Shown here: positions 23,875-33,661 of the stretch, piece after piece | Numbering within the stretch: the first letter of the stretch is position 1 | Layout: each line of letters starts with the position of its first letter | NCBI GenBank assembly: GCA_945867435.1 | Contig: CAMBIK010000002.1 | Coordinates: 1 to 49,045, forward strand | Direction: 5' to 3' | Source of the DNA: Klebsiella pneumoniae | GTDB taxonomy: Bacteria > Myxococcota_A > UBA796 > SXON01 | DNA length: 49,045 nt | Notes under the pieces: generated by a model | The model's input: the letters and a program-made list of their open reading frames with translations, nothing else | What the model was told of the DNA's origin: nothing | Database searches by the model: none | Translations under genes and position numbers: made by a program

Positions 23875-25797
23875 TCACCGAGTGAGGAGCTGCAGTCCAC
23901 GGCGGCGCGCCTCAACTTCGGAGGTGCGGAAGTCGGGAGCGAGATCGCGCAGCTCTTCTAGAAGCCGCAGGGCAGGTCGGTGTTTTTGTGTGGCGGTGTA
24001 GAGTCCGCACAGCTCGAACAGCGCCTCGGGGTAGTCGGCATCCGTCTCGGCCGCATCGTCGGTCGCGCTCCGCAGCACGTCCAACGCGCCGGACACGTCG
24101 TTGAGGGCGCGACGCGCTTGCGCTTCCACCACCCGGGCACCCAGGCCTGGCAACCCGCGCACCAGCTTCAAGGCGGCTTCTCCCTCGCCGACGGCGGCTA
24201 ACGCCCGTGCTTCGGTGAGCGCATCGGAAGGCGCTTCACCATCTTCGTACAACTCATCAGGCTCAATCTCGGCAAATGTGCCTTCGTCGGGTGCTGAGAA
24301 GGTTGGCATGGCGGGCGGGGAACGCTCGGCGGCTCTTGTGGCAGTCCGCAGCGAGGCAATCTTGCCGAGCACGGATTCACTAAGGGGATCCTCGGAGAGC
24401 GCCTCTCGCCAGGCCAGTAGTGCCCCCGGGAGATCGCCGGCAGCGAAACGCCGGTCGCCCTGGGCCTCGAGGCTTGATTCGTCGACGACGTCGCGCCCCT
24501 GGTCGGTGTCGGGGTCGTCATCCACCTCGTCGTCATCCACATCGTGGTCCTTCACGACGTTTTCTGCGGGACCCGCAGACGCAGGGTCCAAGCCGCGCAA
24601 AAGGGACATCCGGTCGAGCACGGCGCTGGCCTCCTCTCCTGCGTGGGGGACCAGTCGTTCCATGCAAACGAGCGCTTCGTTTATCTTGCCTGCGCCGACC
24701 AGCACTTCGGCCATGGCGGCGATCAGCGGCAGCGACCCGTTCGCGGCGGCCAAGCCTGCCGTTACTTCGGCGTCGGCCCGGTCCACGAAGCCGTAACGGA
24801 GCAGCACCTCGGCCCGAGTAAGCACGCGCAGCGTGGCGTCGTCGGTCGGTGCCAGGAATGCCAGCGCGGTGAGCTTCCTCTCCAGGCGTCCCAGCCGGTC
24901 GTCGACTGCGGCGAGCCTGGACCTGACATCCGCGTCGTCGGGCGACAGGAGCGCCGCCCGGCGTAGCGCGTTGGCTTCGCCCTCGTGGTCCATCCGGTCG
25001 GAGCACACCCGCGCGAGCTCCAGAGACACCTTGAGCGCCCTGTCGGCCTGACCCGATCCTTCGAAGGCCCGACTCAGCAGCAGCAAGGTGCGCGGCTCTT
25101 TGGGGCCCGCCATGAACGCTTTCTGCAAGCCTTGAAGTGCCAACTTGTGCTCGCCCTGGGCGATGCGAGATTCGCAGGCATCGAGCAGGAGGCCCACGTC
25201 GTCGGGCATGTGCTTCAGTGCCATCTCGGCCACCCGCCCGACCTCGTCTACCCGTCCGCGACGGCGATATTCTTCCATCACCTCTTTGTAGGTCGCGCCA
25301 GCACCCGCAAAGTCGCCGCCTGCTTCCAGGAGCTCTCCGACACGAAGTCGCAGGGGCAGCTCCGCGGGCGTGATGTCGGCGAGGCGGCGCGCGGGGAGAG
25401 CGGCGAGGAGGGGCTTCCCGAGCCCCATCCAGGCCCGTAGGGCGCCGTCGAAGCAAGCGCGCGCGTCCGAATTGTAGGCTCCCGCGAGGTAGCATTCCCC
25501 GAGGTCGATCTGCAGTTGAGGGTCGTCGGGTCGCAGCGCCACAAGCTGTTTGATCACCGAGACGGCGGCCCGGTGGCTCGATTCCTTGAGCAGGGATTCA
25601 GCCACCTCCCGCAGGTGGCGTTCGGCGTCCTGGTGCTTGCCATTCTTCAGGTAGATTTCGCCTACCTTCTGGCGCACCCGGCGGTCCTTTGGGTCCAACC
25701 TCAGGATGCTGAGGTAGGCCTTTAGCGCCCCTTCGCTGCTGCCCCGGTTGAGATGCTGCAGGGCTTCTTGTTCGAGGCGTTGACGTTCGTTGCTCAT
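23875..25797 (-). CDS. Large TPR-repeat protein
   Basis: The 640-aa protein has repeated TPR-like helical pairs (ALKAYLSILRLDPKDRRVRQKVGEIYLKNGKHQDAERHL...) and an acidic linker (DHDVDDDEVDDDPDTD). Confidence 0.8.
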   Translation of the reverse strand: MSNERQRLEQEALQHLNRGSSEGALKAYLSILRLDPKDRRVRQKVGEIYLKNGKHQDAERHLREVAESLLKESSHRAAVSVIKQLVALRPDDPQLQIDLGECYLAGAYNSDARACFDGALRAWMGLGKPLLAALPARRLADITPAELPLRLRVGELLEAGGDFAGAGATYKEVMEEYRRRGRVDEVGRVAEMALKHMPDDVGLLLDACESRIAQGEHKLALQGLQKAFMAGPKEPRTLLLLSRAFEGSGQADRALKVSLELARVCSDRMDHEGEANALRRAALLSPDDADVRSRLAAVDDRLGRLERKLTALAFLAPTDDATLRVLTRAEVLLRYGFVDRADAEVTAGLAAANGSLPLIAAMAEVLVGAGKINEALVCMERLVPHAGEEASAVLDRMSLLRGLDPASAGPAENVVKDHDVDDDEVDDDPDTDQGRDVVDESSLEAQGDRRFAAGDLPGALLAWREALSEDPLSESVLGKIASLRTATRAAERSPPAMPTFSAPDEGTFAEIEPDELYEDGEAPSDALTEARALAAVGEGEAALKLVRGLPGLGARVVEAQARRALNDVSGALDVLRSATDDAAETDADYPEALFELCGLYTATQKHRPALRLLEELRDLAPDFRTSEVEARRRGLQLLTR

Positions 25798-25801
25798 GGC
25801 C

Positions 25802-27148
25802 TCACCCCGGACGGCTCTTCAGCCAATCATCGATGTAGCGAGTGTGGAAGCGGACGGAGGTGAACGCCGGATCCGACAACAGGAGCTTCTGCAGGGGAAG
25901 CGACGTTCGGATTCCTTCTACCACAACCTCGTCGAGCGCCCCGAGGAGCTTGCGAATGGCCGACTCACGGTCGGGCGCGTACGCGATGATCTTGGCCACC
26001 AGCGAGTCGTAATAGGGCTGCACCATCGCACCCTCGTGCACGGCGCTATCGACGCGGATGCCTGGCCCTCCAGGCGCGTGGTAGCCGGTAATTCTTCCTG
26101 GCGAAGGCGTGAACTTCCAGGGGTCCTCGGCGTTGACGCGGAGCTCGATCGCGTGGCCACGAAGGCGCACTTCGCTTTGCGCGAACGGCATGGGCTCCCC
26201 GGCGGCCAGCCGAATCTGGAGCTGCACCAGGTCGATTCCCGTGACCATTTCGGTGACAGGGTGTTCGACCTGGATGCGGGGGTTTACCTCAAGGAAGTAG
26301 AATTCATCCCCCTCGACGAGAAACTCGCAGGTTCCGACGGTCACATAGCCGGTGGCCGCGACCAGCCTCGCCGCGGCGGCGCGAATCCGGTCCCGCAGGC
26401 CTTCGTCCAGGTTGGGCGCCGGTGCTTCCTCGATGATCTTCTGGTGCCTGCGCTGCATCGAGCAGTCGCGTTCGCCGATGTGCACGGCCGCGCCGAAGCG
26501 ATCCCCGGCGAACTGCACTTCGATGTGGCGCGGCGTGCGCAGAAAGCGTTCCAGGAAAACGGCGCCGGACCCAAACGCAGCCAACGCCTCCGCGGCGGTG
26601 ACCGCGAAAACCTTGCGAAGCGTGTCTTCGTCTTCCACGACGCGCATCCCTTTCCCGCCGCCGCCGGAAGCCGCCTTCAGCATCAGGGGGTAGCCAATCA
26701 CCCGAGCCACCTCGACGCATTCGTCGAGGGTGTCCACCGACCCGTGACTGCCCGGAAGGAGGGGGAGCCCAGCTGCACGTGCTGCGGCCTTGGCGGAAAG
26801 CTTGTCGCCGAATTGCTGGAGGTGTTCGGGCGAGGGGCCGATGAACGTCATGCCGTGGGCGTTGACTGCCTCGGCAAATGTGGCGTTTTCTGCCAGAAAT
26901 CCGTATCCCGGGTGTACCGCATCTGACCGGGTGATGTCGGCGGCCGAGATGACCGCTGGAATGTTCAGGTAGCTCTGGCGCGCCTGGGGCGGTCCGATGC
27001 ACACGCTTTCGTCGGCGAATTTGACGTGCAGCGCGTGGCGGTCGGCTTCGGAGTACACGGCGACCGTGCGAATGTTGAGCTCTCGGCATGCGCGCAGGAT
27101 GCGCATGGCGATCTCGCCACGATTGGCAATCAGGACCTTTCGGAACAC
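25802..27148 (-). CDS. accC: Acetyl-CoA carboxylase biotin carboxylase subunit
   Basis: (M)FRKVLIANRGEIAMRILRACRELNIRTVAVYSEADR from GTG 27148. ATP-grasp motifs. 448 aa. Confidence 0.95.
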   Translation of the reverse strand: MFRKVLIANRGEIAMRILRACRELNIRTVAVYSEADRHALHVKFADESVCIGPPQARQSYLNIPAVISAADITRSDAVHPGYGFLAENATFAEAVNAHGMTFIGPSPEHLQQFGDKLSAKAAARAAGLPLLPGSHGSVDTLDECVEVARVIGYPLMLKAASGGGGKGMRVVEDEDTLRKVFAVTAAEALAAFGSGAVFLERFLRTPRHIEVQFAGDRFGAAVHIGERDCSMQRRHQKIIEEAPAPNLDEGLRDRIRAAAARLVAATGYVTVGTCEFLVEGDEFYFLEVNPRIQVEHPVTEMVTGIDLVQLQIRLAAGEPMPFAQSEVRLRGHAIELRVNAEDPWKFTPSPGRITGYHAPGGPGIRVDSAVHEGAMVQPYYDSLVAKIIAYAPDRESAIRKLLGALDEVVVEGIRTSLPLQKLLLSDPAFTSVRFHTRYIDDWLKSRPG

Positions 27149-27152
27149 GTCA

Positions 27153-27578
27153 TTATCCGGGGGTGAGGCGGAAAAGTTCTTGGCCGAACTGCACGGGCTG
27201 TGCGTTGTCGATCAGAATCTCGGAGACCACGCCGTCCACATCGGATTCGACCTGATTCATCAGTTTCATGGCTTCGACGATGCATACCACCTGCCCTTTT
27301 CGCACCTTGTCACCGACGGCCACATAGGCCGCGACGTCGGGGGAGGGGGATCGGTAGAACGTGCCGACGATGGGCGAGCGGATCACCCGGCCCTCGGCCG
27401 GAGGCTTGGCCGCCGGCGCGGCAGCGGGTGCCGGGGCAGAAGCCACAAGCACGGGCTGGGCAGTCGCGTATCCGCCAAACTTCACGGACATCTTCGCGTT
27501 GTCCTGTTTCCATGTGAATTCGGCCACACCCTGTGACTTCATCAGGCGCAGCAGCGCGCGTACTTCTTTCTGATCCAT
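27153..27578 (-). CDS. accB: Acetyl-CoA carboxylase biotin carboxyl carrier protein
   Basis: ATG 27578 is preceded by GGAG. Ala/Pro linker. Biotinylation motif IVEAMKLMNQV. The track start at 27743 is rejected. Confidence 0.93.
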   Translation of the reverse strand: MDQKEVRALLRLMKSQGVAEFTWKQDNAKMSVKFGGYATAQPVLVASAPAPAAAPAAKPPAEGRVIRSPIVGTFYRSPSPDVAAYVAVGDKVRKGQVVCIVEAMKLMNQVESDVDGVVSEILIDNAQPVQFGQELFRLTPG

Positions 27579-27603
27579 CTTGGCTCCGGGTGGCGGCGGG
27601 AAG

Positions 27604-28026
27604 CTAACCGAGCAGGCCGCGCAGGCCCAACTCGTAGCTGGCGGCGCCGAAGCCTGTGACCACGCCACGCGCCACGTCGGACAGGTAGGACTGGTGCCGG
27701 AACGGTTCGCGGCCGTGGATGTTGCTAAGGTGCACCTCGACAAAGGGCAGTCCGACGGCCAGCAGCGCGTCCCGCAGGACCACCGATGTGTGGGTGAGGC
27801 CCCCAGGATTGATCAGGATGGCGTCGAAGGGCCCCCGAGCGGCGTGGATGGCATCGACGAGCGCGCCCTCGTGATTGCTGTGGAAACTGCTGCACGAGCC
27901 CCCAAGTTGGAGCGCGATCACGGCGAGTTGGGTGTCGATCTCGGCGAGCGTGGTGGTGCCGTAAGTGGCGGGCTCCCGCGTGCCGAGGAGGTTCAGGTTG
28001 GGACCGTGAAGGACGAGAACCCGCAT
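27604..28026 (-). CDS. aroQ: Type II 3-dehydroquinate dehydratase
   Basis: ATG 28026 gives [19 protein letters not shown]. Motifs: [34 protein letters not shown]. Confidence 0.93.
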   Translation of the reverse strand: MRVLVLHGPNLNLLGTREPATYGTTTLAEIDTQLAVIALQLGGSCSSFHSNHEGALVDAIHAARGPFDAILINPGGLTHTSVVLRDALLAVGLPFVEVHLSNIHGREPFRHQSYLSDVARGVVTGFGAASYELGLRGLLG

Positions 28027-28736
28027 CAGTGGCTCCAAAAGTGGCGTGCCCACGCATCTACGGCACCGTCGCCGCCGGGGACCGGTCCGGCGTGGTCGTC
28101 GAGCAGAGCGATGGTGGTTTCTCCCAGACCGGGGAGACGATGGCGGCGGGGCTCCGGACTCACGTTGCCCAAGCCTTCAAGCCCGCGGGAGAGCTCGATG
28201 AGCCGATCTCGCGCCCGCGTGTCGTGCGGGTTCGCCGCGTAGATGCGCTGCCAAGCGCGGGTGGACCGCGGGAGATCGCCGCGGTCCGCCAAGGAGTCTG
28301 CCCATTCCGAGCGGTCGAAGGGGTCGTTCGGTACGCCGTGCAGGTTTTTCGTGGGCGGGGTGGCGGTGAGCGATAGTGCCTGGAGGACCGGGTCGTGGGG
28401 GGCCACCAGCCGCAATCGCTCCAGGATCGCGGACGCCTCCCGGAAGCGGCCGTCCGCCACCAGCAGCTCGGCCAGGAGCGCCCCCGCGGCCACGTTTTCG
28501 GGGGCGGCGCGGACGACCTCCTCCAAAATGGCCACGCCCAACCCGCGGTTGCCCGCTTCAAGGTGCAGCCGAGCGAGCACGACGTTGGCCGTCGCGTGGT
28601 CGGGGTGATGGCGCAGCCCGGCACGAAGCACGGCGAGGGCCTCCGTTCGCTCACCCGCGCGGCGCAGCGCATCGGCAAGCGGCACGAACGCCAACGAACG
28701 CGGATCGGCCCGCACGCGCTTGCGTAGCGAGGCCAA
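28026..28736 (-). CDS. TPR-repeat protein
   Basis: TPR-like helices: [44 protein letters not shown]... The stop overlaps the aroQ ATG by 1 nt (TGATG). The start is uncertain: TTG 28736 or GTG 28715. The track extension to 29060 is Arg-rich and overlaps the lipoprotein gene. Confidence 0.65.
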   Translation of the reverse strand: MASLRKRVRADPRSLAFVPLADALRRAGERTEALAVLRAGLRHHPDHATANVVLARLHLEAGNRGLGVAILEEVVRAAPENVAAGALLAELLVADGRFREASAILERLRLVAPHDPVLQALSLTATPPTKNLHGVPNDPFDRSEWADSLADRGDLPRSTRAWQRIYAANPHDTRARDRLIELSRGLEGLGNVSPEPRRHRLPGLGETTIALLDDHAGPVPGGDGAVDAWARHFWSH

Positions 28737-28762
28737 CTCCGCCGGACGAAAGCTCGGCGTGA

Positions 28763-29356
28763 CTAGGCCCCGTCGGCGCTGGCGGTTGAGACCACCATCG
28801 ACGTGTAGTCGGCGGAGATCGACATCTCGACGCCGAAATCCGTGCCGGAGCCAGGCGTGCTGTCGATGAAGATGTAGAAGTCGACCGTGCCGGTGTTGTC
28901 GGTCACGCCGCGCAGGTAGTTCGGGCGGAATCCGGGAGCACCCTCCTCGTCGGTCGCGAGCTGGTATTCCCCGGTGAGCTCGTAGTATTCGTTGCCATCC
29001 TCGCTGAGGAAGACATCGCACAGTTCCTGGTATTCTTCCTCGCCGGCCCCCTCGGCGCATGCGGTCGCGAAGTCATCGACCGTTTTCACCGATCGCTGGG
29101 GCAGGATGTAGGTGCCCGGCCAATAGCTGTAGATATCCACCGCGATGTTTTCCATCGGGATGCCAGAGCGGTCGAAACGGTCGCTCTGGGTCACATGGGC
29201 CTGATTGTGGAAGAGCAGGCCGTAACCATCTTCTTCCGCACCGACTGCTGCGTTGTAGGTGATGGTGAGGCCTTCGACCGAGCTGGACACCGAGGCATCG
29301 TAGGGCGCGTCAAAAGGTCCTTCTCCGCACGCGAAGAGTCCGAGGAGAAACACCAT
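28763..29356 (-). CDS. Acidic lipoprotein, function unknown (Ig-like beta-rich)
   Basis: ATG 29356 is preceded by GAGGTG. Lipobox: MVFLLGLFAC. The C-terminal motif TDNTGTVDFYIFIDSTPGSGTDFGVEMSIS is shared with the upstream neighbour. Confidence 0.7.
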   Translation of the reverse strand: MVFLLGLFACGEGPFDAPYDASVSSSVEGLTITYNAAVGAEEDGYGLLFHNQAHVTQSDRFDRSGIPMENIAVDIYSYWPGTYILPQRSVKTVDDFATACAEGAGEEEYQELCDVFLSEDGNEYYELTGEYQLATDEEGAPGFRPNYLRGVTDNTGTVDFYIFIDSTPGSGTDFGVEMSISADYTSMVVSTASADGA

Positions 29357-29371
29357 TCAGCACCTCAGGAT

Positions 29372-29848
29372 TTAGTGTACCACAACGGCATCGACCAGTT
29401 CGATGTCGACCGAGGCGACGTCGTCGCCGGAGGAGATGAAGATCGGAACGCTTGAGCCTGAATCTGGGGATAGATCCAAGAATACATCGAACTGTACCTC
29501 GCCATCAGCGCCGGTCAGTTGCTCGAGCCACATGCATGTGGAGCCGGCGCCGCACGGTCCGATCTCGAAAACTTCGTTGGCGCGCACGTCGAGAACCAGG
29601 GTTCCGTGGACCTCGCCGTGAGGCACAAGCTGGGCACCATCCCACCCGCTCAGCACGCCTACCCGGACACCCGCGGCGGGCTGCCCGTCGGGACCGATCA
29701 CCTGCGCGCCCAGGGTGAACCGTCCTCCTACATCGTCCGCCACTGCATAGGCTTCATCCCACGGCTCGGCAATGTCGTCGGAGGGCAGCACCATGGAGCC
29801 GGGTTCGGCTTCCGGAGGGGCGCAGGCAAGCAGCAGAAGGAAACTCAC
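29372..29848 (-). CDS. Acidic lipoprotein, paralogous to the downstream neighbour
   Basis: GTG 29848 overlaps the aroB stop (GTGA) and gives (M)SFLLLLAC (lipobox). C-terminus: TGADGEVQFDVFLDLSPDSGSSVPIFISSG. The track extension to 30589 is Arg-rich and antisense-frame to nothing real. Confidence 0.65.
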   Translation of the reverse strand: MSFLLLLACAPPEAEPGSMVLPSDDIAEPWDEAYAVADDVGGRFTLGAQVIGPDGQPAAGVRVGVLSGWDGAQLVPHGEVHGTLVLDVRANEVFEIGPCGAGSTCMWLEQLTGADGEVQFDVFLDLSPDSGSSVPIFISSGDDVASVDIELVDAVVVH

Positions 29849-30927
29849 GGGGACTTCCTGCCGGCGGCCGCCAGACACGCAAGGTCTGCCTCGGGTACGA
29901 GGCGCACGCGAACATCGCCGGGGGCAACAGGGATCACAAGCTTGACCATACCACGCTCCCGCTTTTTGTCGAATCCCATGGCTTCGATGAGCGCCGGGTC
30001 GGGCAGCTCGTTGGGCGTGTGGACAGGCAGCCCGAGAGAGCGGAAAAGTCGTTCGAGGCGGTCCACAAATCGGGAGTCGACGGGAAATCCCCCTCCCACG
30101 CCAAGGCGCGCCACCGCCATGGTGCCGATGGCTACGGCCGTTCCGTGGGAATAGCGCCCGTAGCCCGCCGTGGACTCGATCGCGTGTCCCAGCGTGTGGC
30201 CGAGGTTCAGGAGCACTCGTTCCCCGTGCTCCGCTGGGTCGCGCTCCACGATTCGCGCCTTCACGGCGATCGACGCAAGGATCGCGGCCGCGAGCGCAGC
30301 CGGCTCGCCGCGGCGCAGGGCTGCGGCCGAGTCCTCCAGTGCCGCCAGGCCCACTTCCCCGGCGAGGATCGCGTGTTTCACGATCTCGCCAAGCCCGCAT
30401 TGCAGCTCGCGCTCGGGAAGCGTGCGCAGCGTGTCGAGCGCGGCCCACACCCCTGCTGGCTGGTAGAAGGCCCCCACGAGGTTTTTGCCTGCCGGCGTGT
30501 TCACGCCCGTTTTGCCGCCGACAGAGGCATCCACCATCGCCAAGAGCGTCGTAGGCACCTGAACGAGAGGGAGCCCCCGCAGCACACAAGCAGCGGAAAA
30601 CCCAGCGAGGTCGCCGATGACGCCCCCACCGAAGGCGAACACCACCGTTCGTCGGTCGGGACGCCCGGCGAGGATCTCGGCCACGACGCGCTGCCAGGAC
30701 TCCAGGGTCTTGTGTTCCTCGCCGTCAGGGACCTCGATCCAGGTGAGGCGAAGCGACTTCAGTTCTTCCGCCAGCGCCGCCCCGTGCAGCGCGCGAACGG
30801 TCGGGTTGGTCACCACCACCCCGCGCTGGGGGTCCAGCTGGCCGGCGAGATGGTCCGCCAGCCCGGCCAGGCTTGGCGAGACTTCCACCGAATAGCCGAG
30901 GGTGAGTGCCAGCGATTGCCTCAACAT
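29845..30927 (-). CDS. aroB: 3-dehydroquinate synthase
   Basis: ATG 30927 gives MLRQSLALTLGY. Motifs: FGGGVIGDLAGF, VQVPTTLLAMVDASVGGKTGVN, LNLGHTLGHAIE. Confidence 0.93.
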   Translation of the reverse strand: MLRQSLALTLGYSVEVSPSLAGLADHLAGQLDPQRGVVVTNPTVRALHGAALAEELKSLRLTWIEVPDGEEHKTLESWQRVVAEILAGRPDRRTVVFAFGGGVIGDLAGFSAACVLRGLPLVQVPTTLLAMVDASVGGKTGVNTPAGKNLVGAFYQPAGVWAALDTLRTLPERELQCGLGEIVKHAILAGEVGLAALEDSAAALRRGEPAALAAAILASIAVKARIVERDPAEHGERVLLNLGHTLGHAIESTAGYGRYSHGTAVAIGTMAVARLGVGGGFPVDSRFVDRLERLFRSLGLPVHTPNELPDPALIEAMGFDKKRERGMVKLVIPVAPGDVRVRLVPEADLACLAAAGRKSP

Positions 30928-31376
30928 CGTTGCAGCACCTGGTCGACAGTCGTTTCCACGCTCGGATGGTCGGTCCAAACGGGGTCGCCATACGCCGCCC
31001 ACAGGGGCGCTCGCTCGTCCAGGCTCCGTTCCCATGAACGAGCCAGAGGCCGCCCGGTGGGGTTCTGAAGCCGGTGCCGCAAGGTTTCCCGGGTTGCCAT
31101 CAGGATGATCACCGTCCACCCCTGGAGCTGTCGCCGGTTCTCCTCGCGCCCCAGGGTTCCTCCTCCCAACGCGATGACGCCGCTGCCTGACACAGCCTTG
31201 GCCAGCGAAGCGGACTCCCGTTCGCGGAAGCCAGCTTCGCCAACCTCGGCGAACAACAGGGGGATGTCTCCAAGCGTGGCGTCCAGGTCCAGAAAGGGAA
31301 CACCTTGCCGAGCCGCCAGCGCCCGCCCAACCGTGCTCTTCCCCGAGGCCATGGGGCCGCCCAGGGCGACCCGCAC
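30921..31376 (-). CDS. aroK: Shikimate kinase
   Basis: GTG 31376, 2 nt after the pilQ stop, gives (M)RVALGGPMASGKSTVGRALA (P-loop). It overlaps the aroB start by 7 nt. Confidence 0.88.
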   Translation of the reverse strand: MRVALGGPMASGKSTVGRALAARQGVPFLDLDATLGDIPLLFAEVGEAGFRERESASLAKAVSGSGVIALGGGTLGREENRRQLQGWTVIILMATRETLRHRLQNPTGRPLARSWERSLDERAPLWAAYGDPVWTDHPSVETTVDQVLQRC

Positions 31377-31378
31377 GC

Positions 31379-33661
31379 TTAGTTCTCCGCGACGATCCGC
31401 GGCGTGATGAACACGAGCATCTCGCTCTGCTTTTCCGTCGAGGAGGAGTTCTTGAACAGGTACCCCAGGAGCGGGATCGACCCCAGTCCCGGCACCCGTT
31501 CGTTCGCTGCAGATTCCTCCGTAGAGTACACGCCGCCGAGCACGGCGGTATCGCCATCCGCCACCAACACCTTGGTCTCGATCTCCTTCTTCGCGATGGC
31601 CGGGCGCCCTTGAACGCTCTGGCTGAAGTCGGGGCGGTTGTTCTTGATCTTCACATCCATCGACACGTTGCCGTCGGTGGTGATGTGGGGCGTGATGTCC
31701 ATCTGCAAGACGGCGTCTACCAGCTGCACTTGCGTACCGCCGTTGGACACGGTTTCGAACGGGATGGCGGCACCCTGGAGGATCTTGGCGGTCGAGTTGT
31801 CCATGACGCTGACGCGCGGACTGGAGACGATCCGACCCCACCCATCCGATTCCAAGGCGCTCAGGCGCGCGTCGAGGTCGATGAGCCCGGGAATGCTACC
31901 CAAGGAGAACGCGAGGGCACCGCTGGAACCTGCGGTTGTGCCCAGGTCGACCAACAGGCTTTCGTTGCCGGGAGAGTAGAACTGAGAGGCGCCCGCCCGA
32001 GTGAGGCCGCCGGAAACGCCGACGGAGTTCGGGAAGAAGGCACCCGTGCTGTACCCGGTCGCGCCGGATGCATCGACACCGCTGCCCCACTGAATGCCCA
32101 ACTGCTTGACGTGCGAGCTGTTGGCCTCGACAAATCGGGCTTCGATCGACACAGAACGGTTCTGGCGGTCCACGCGCTTCAGCAGCTCTCGGATCATCGC
32201 GAGCGTGGGTTCCACGTCTTTGATGATCAGCTGGTTCGAACGGTCGTCCGTTTGGATGGAACCGCGCTCGGTGAGGAAGGCTTCAAGCTGCTTCACGGTA
32301 GCGGCAGCGTTCGCGTAGTTGAGCGGGGCCACATAGATCTGGAGCGGCTCAAGCAGCCCTTCCGCAGTCTGCTTTTCCAAGGCCGCCTGCTGCTCGGACT
32401 TGATGGTTTCGATCGGTGCCACGCGCACGATGTTCCCGAAACGCTGCGCCGCGAGGCCCTTGGACTGCAAGACGGCCGCAAGGGCTTGATCCCAAGGGAC
32501 GTCCTTCAGCTGCACGGTGACCGTGCCCTTGACGTCGTCGCTGGCCACGATGTTCAGTTCGGCGGTGTTCGCGATGAAGCGGAAAACGGCGTGGATGTCG
32601 GCATCTTGAAGATCGATGCTCATCCTCTGGCCCTTGTACCGCGAGGCACCCTGGCCTGGGGCATCGTCGGCGAAGGCCAGCGAGTTCGGGTCTTCCGAAC
32701 CGGCGCCGGCCCCGAAACGAGCCTGGGGGTCGGACGTGCGACCCGAAGCTCCGATGAGCACCTCGCCGCCTGAAGCGTTGCTCAGACCCTGCGTCTCGTT
32801 CGTTTCTGGTGAGGAAGGGGCGGCTTCGGCGCTCTTTTGCACCTGCTCTGCGCGGGCTTGCACCAGCGAAGCGGGGTTGGCGATTTCAATCGTGTACAGG
32901 TCGCCTGCACGCTTCACTTGGTACTCGGCACTTTGCCGAAGGGAAATCTCTACGCGGGTGCCGGCACGAGTCGGGCGCGCCTGCACGCCGATGACCGGGC
33001 TGAAGAAGCGGCTGCTGTCGATCTCGCGGGACAGGGACCCAGGCATGACCGCGCCGGGAAGGTCGACGACGATGCGCGTAGCTGTGGGCTGGGAGACCGC
33101 GGGGGTGACGCCCTGAACGCCAAGGACGACTCGGCTGGTCGATTCGTCGAATGCGAAGTCCAACGTGGTAAGGGCGGGGCCTTCGATGGCGGCCGCAGGA
33201 CCGCTGAGACGCCCGTTGCCGAGCGCACTTGCCAGCGGATCGACCTCGGCCCCGGCGGTAAAGGACACCACCAAGTCAGTGCCGTCCTGACGCAGAGCGT
33301 GCGTGAAGGGGCCGACGAGGTACAGGGTGAGACGTACGACATCCGAACCATCGTTGAAGCTTGATAGTTCTCCACGGGTCACCATGCCGCCCGCGCCGAC
33401 GGTCGCTTCTGGCGCGAGTGCGCTCGCCGGGAAGTCGATCACCAACCGGTCCGGACTCGACGCCTTGAAGGCGCTGTAGGCAGGACTGTCGCCGGAGAGC
33501 GGAATCCGCACTTCCGTGGAGTCGTCGGCACCCGTTACTGCCGCGGTACCGACGGTCGTCGGCGTGGCTGCGAGCGCAGGACCGCCAATGAAGGCCGCCC
33601 AGCACAGCACACCCAGGAGCACGCGTGGCCTCATCATCACTCCGTTGAAAGGTAGCATCAT
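31379..33661 (-). CDS. pilQ: Type IV pilus secretin PilQ (AMIN domains plus secretin)
   Basis: Signal peptide. AMIN-like repeats (RLVIDFPASAL..., RIVVDLPGAV...). C-terminal secretin motif: VLGGVYSTEESAANERVPGLGSIPLLGYLFKNSSSTEKQSEMLVFITPRIV. ATG 33661 overlaps the pilP stop. Confidence 0.95.
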   Translation of the reverse strand: MMLPFNGVMMRPRVLLGVLCWAAFIGGPALAATPTTVGTAAVTGADDSTEVRIPLSGDSPAYSAFKASSPDRLVIDFPASALAPEATVGAGGMVTRGELSSFNDGSDVVRLTLYLVGPFTHALRQDGTDLVVSFTAGAEVDPLASALGNGRLSGPAAAIEGPALTTLDFAFDESTSRVVLGVQGVTPAVSQPTATRIVVDLPGAVMPGSLSREIDSSRFFSPVIGVQARPTRAGTRVEISLRQSAEYQVKRAGDLYTIEIANPASLVQARAEQVQKSAEAAPSSPETNETQGLSNASGGEVLIGASGRTSDPQARFGAGAGSEDPNSLAFADDAPGQGASRYKGQRMSIDLQDADIHAVFRFIANTAELNIVASDDVKGTVTVQLKDVPWDQALAAVLQSKGLAAQRFGNIVRVAPIETIKSEQQAALEKQTAEGLLEPLQIYVAPLNYANAAATVKQLEAFLTERGSIQTDDRSNQLIIKDVEPTLAMIRELLKRVDRQNRSVSIEARFVEANSSHVKQLGIQWGSGVDASGATGYSTGAFFPNSVGVSGGLTRAGASQFYSPGNESLLVDLGTTAGSSGALAFSLGSIPGLIDLDARLSALESDGWGRIVSSPRVSVMDNSTAKILQGAAIPFETVSNGGTQVQLVDAVLQMDITPHITTDGNVSMDVKIKNNRPDFSQSVQGRPAIAKKEIETKVLVADGDTAVLGGVYSTEESAANERVPGLGSIPLLGYLFKNSSSTEKQSEMLVFITPRIVAEN

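Noticed and set aside
25790-26926. 378-aa plus-strand ORF
   Set aside because: It is antisense to accC.
28737-29060. N-terminal extension of the TPR ORF
   Set aside because: It is an Arg/His/Gly-rich reading that overlaps the lipoprotein gene in another frame.
29849-30589. N-terminal extension of the small lipoprotein ORF
   Set aside because: It overlaps aroB out of frame and is Arg-rich. The GTGA-coupled GTG 29848 gives a lipobox.
30019-32773. Plus-strand ORFs 30019-31068 and 31610-32773
   Set aside because: They are antisense to aroB/aroK and to pilQ respectively.
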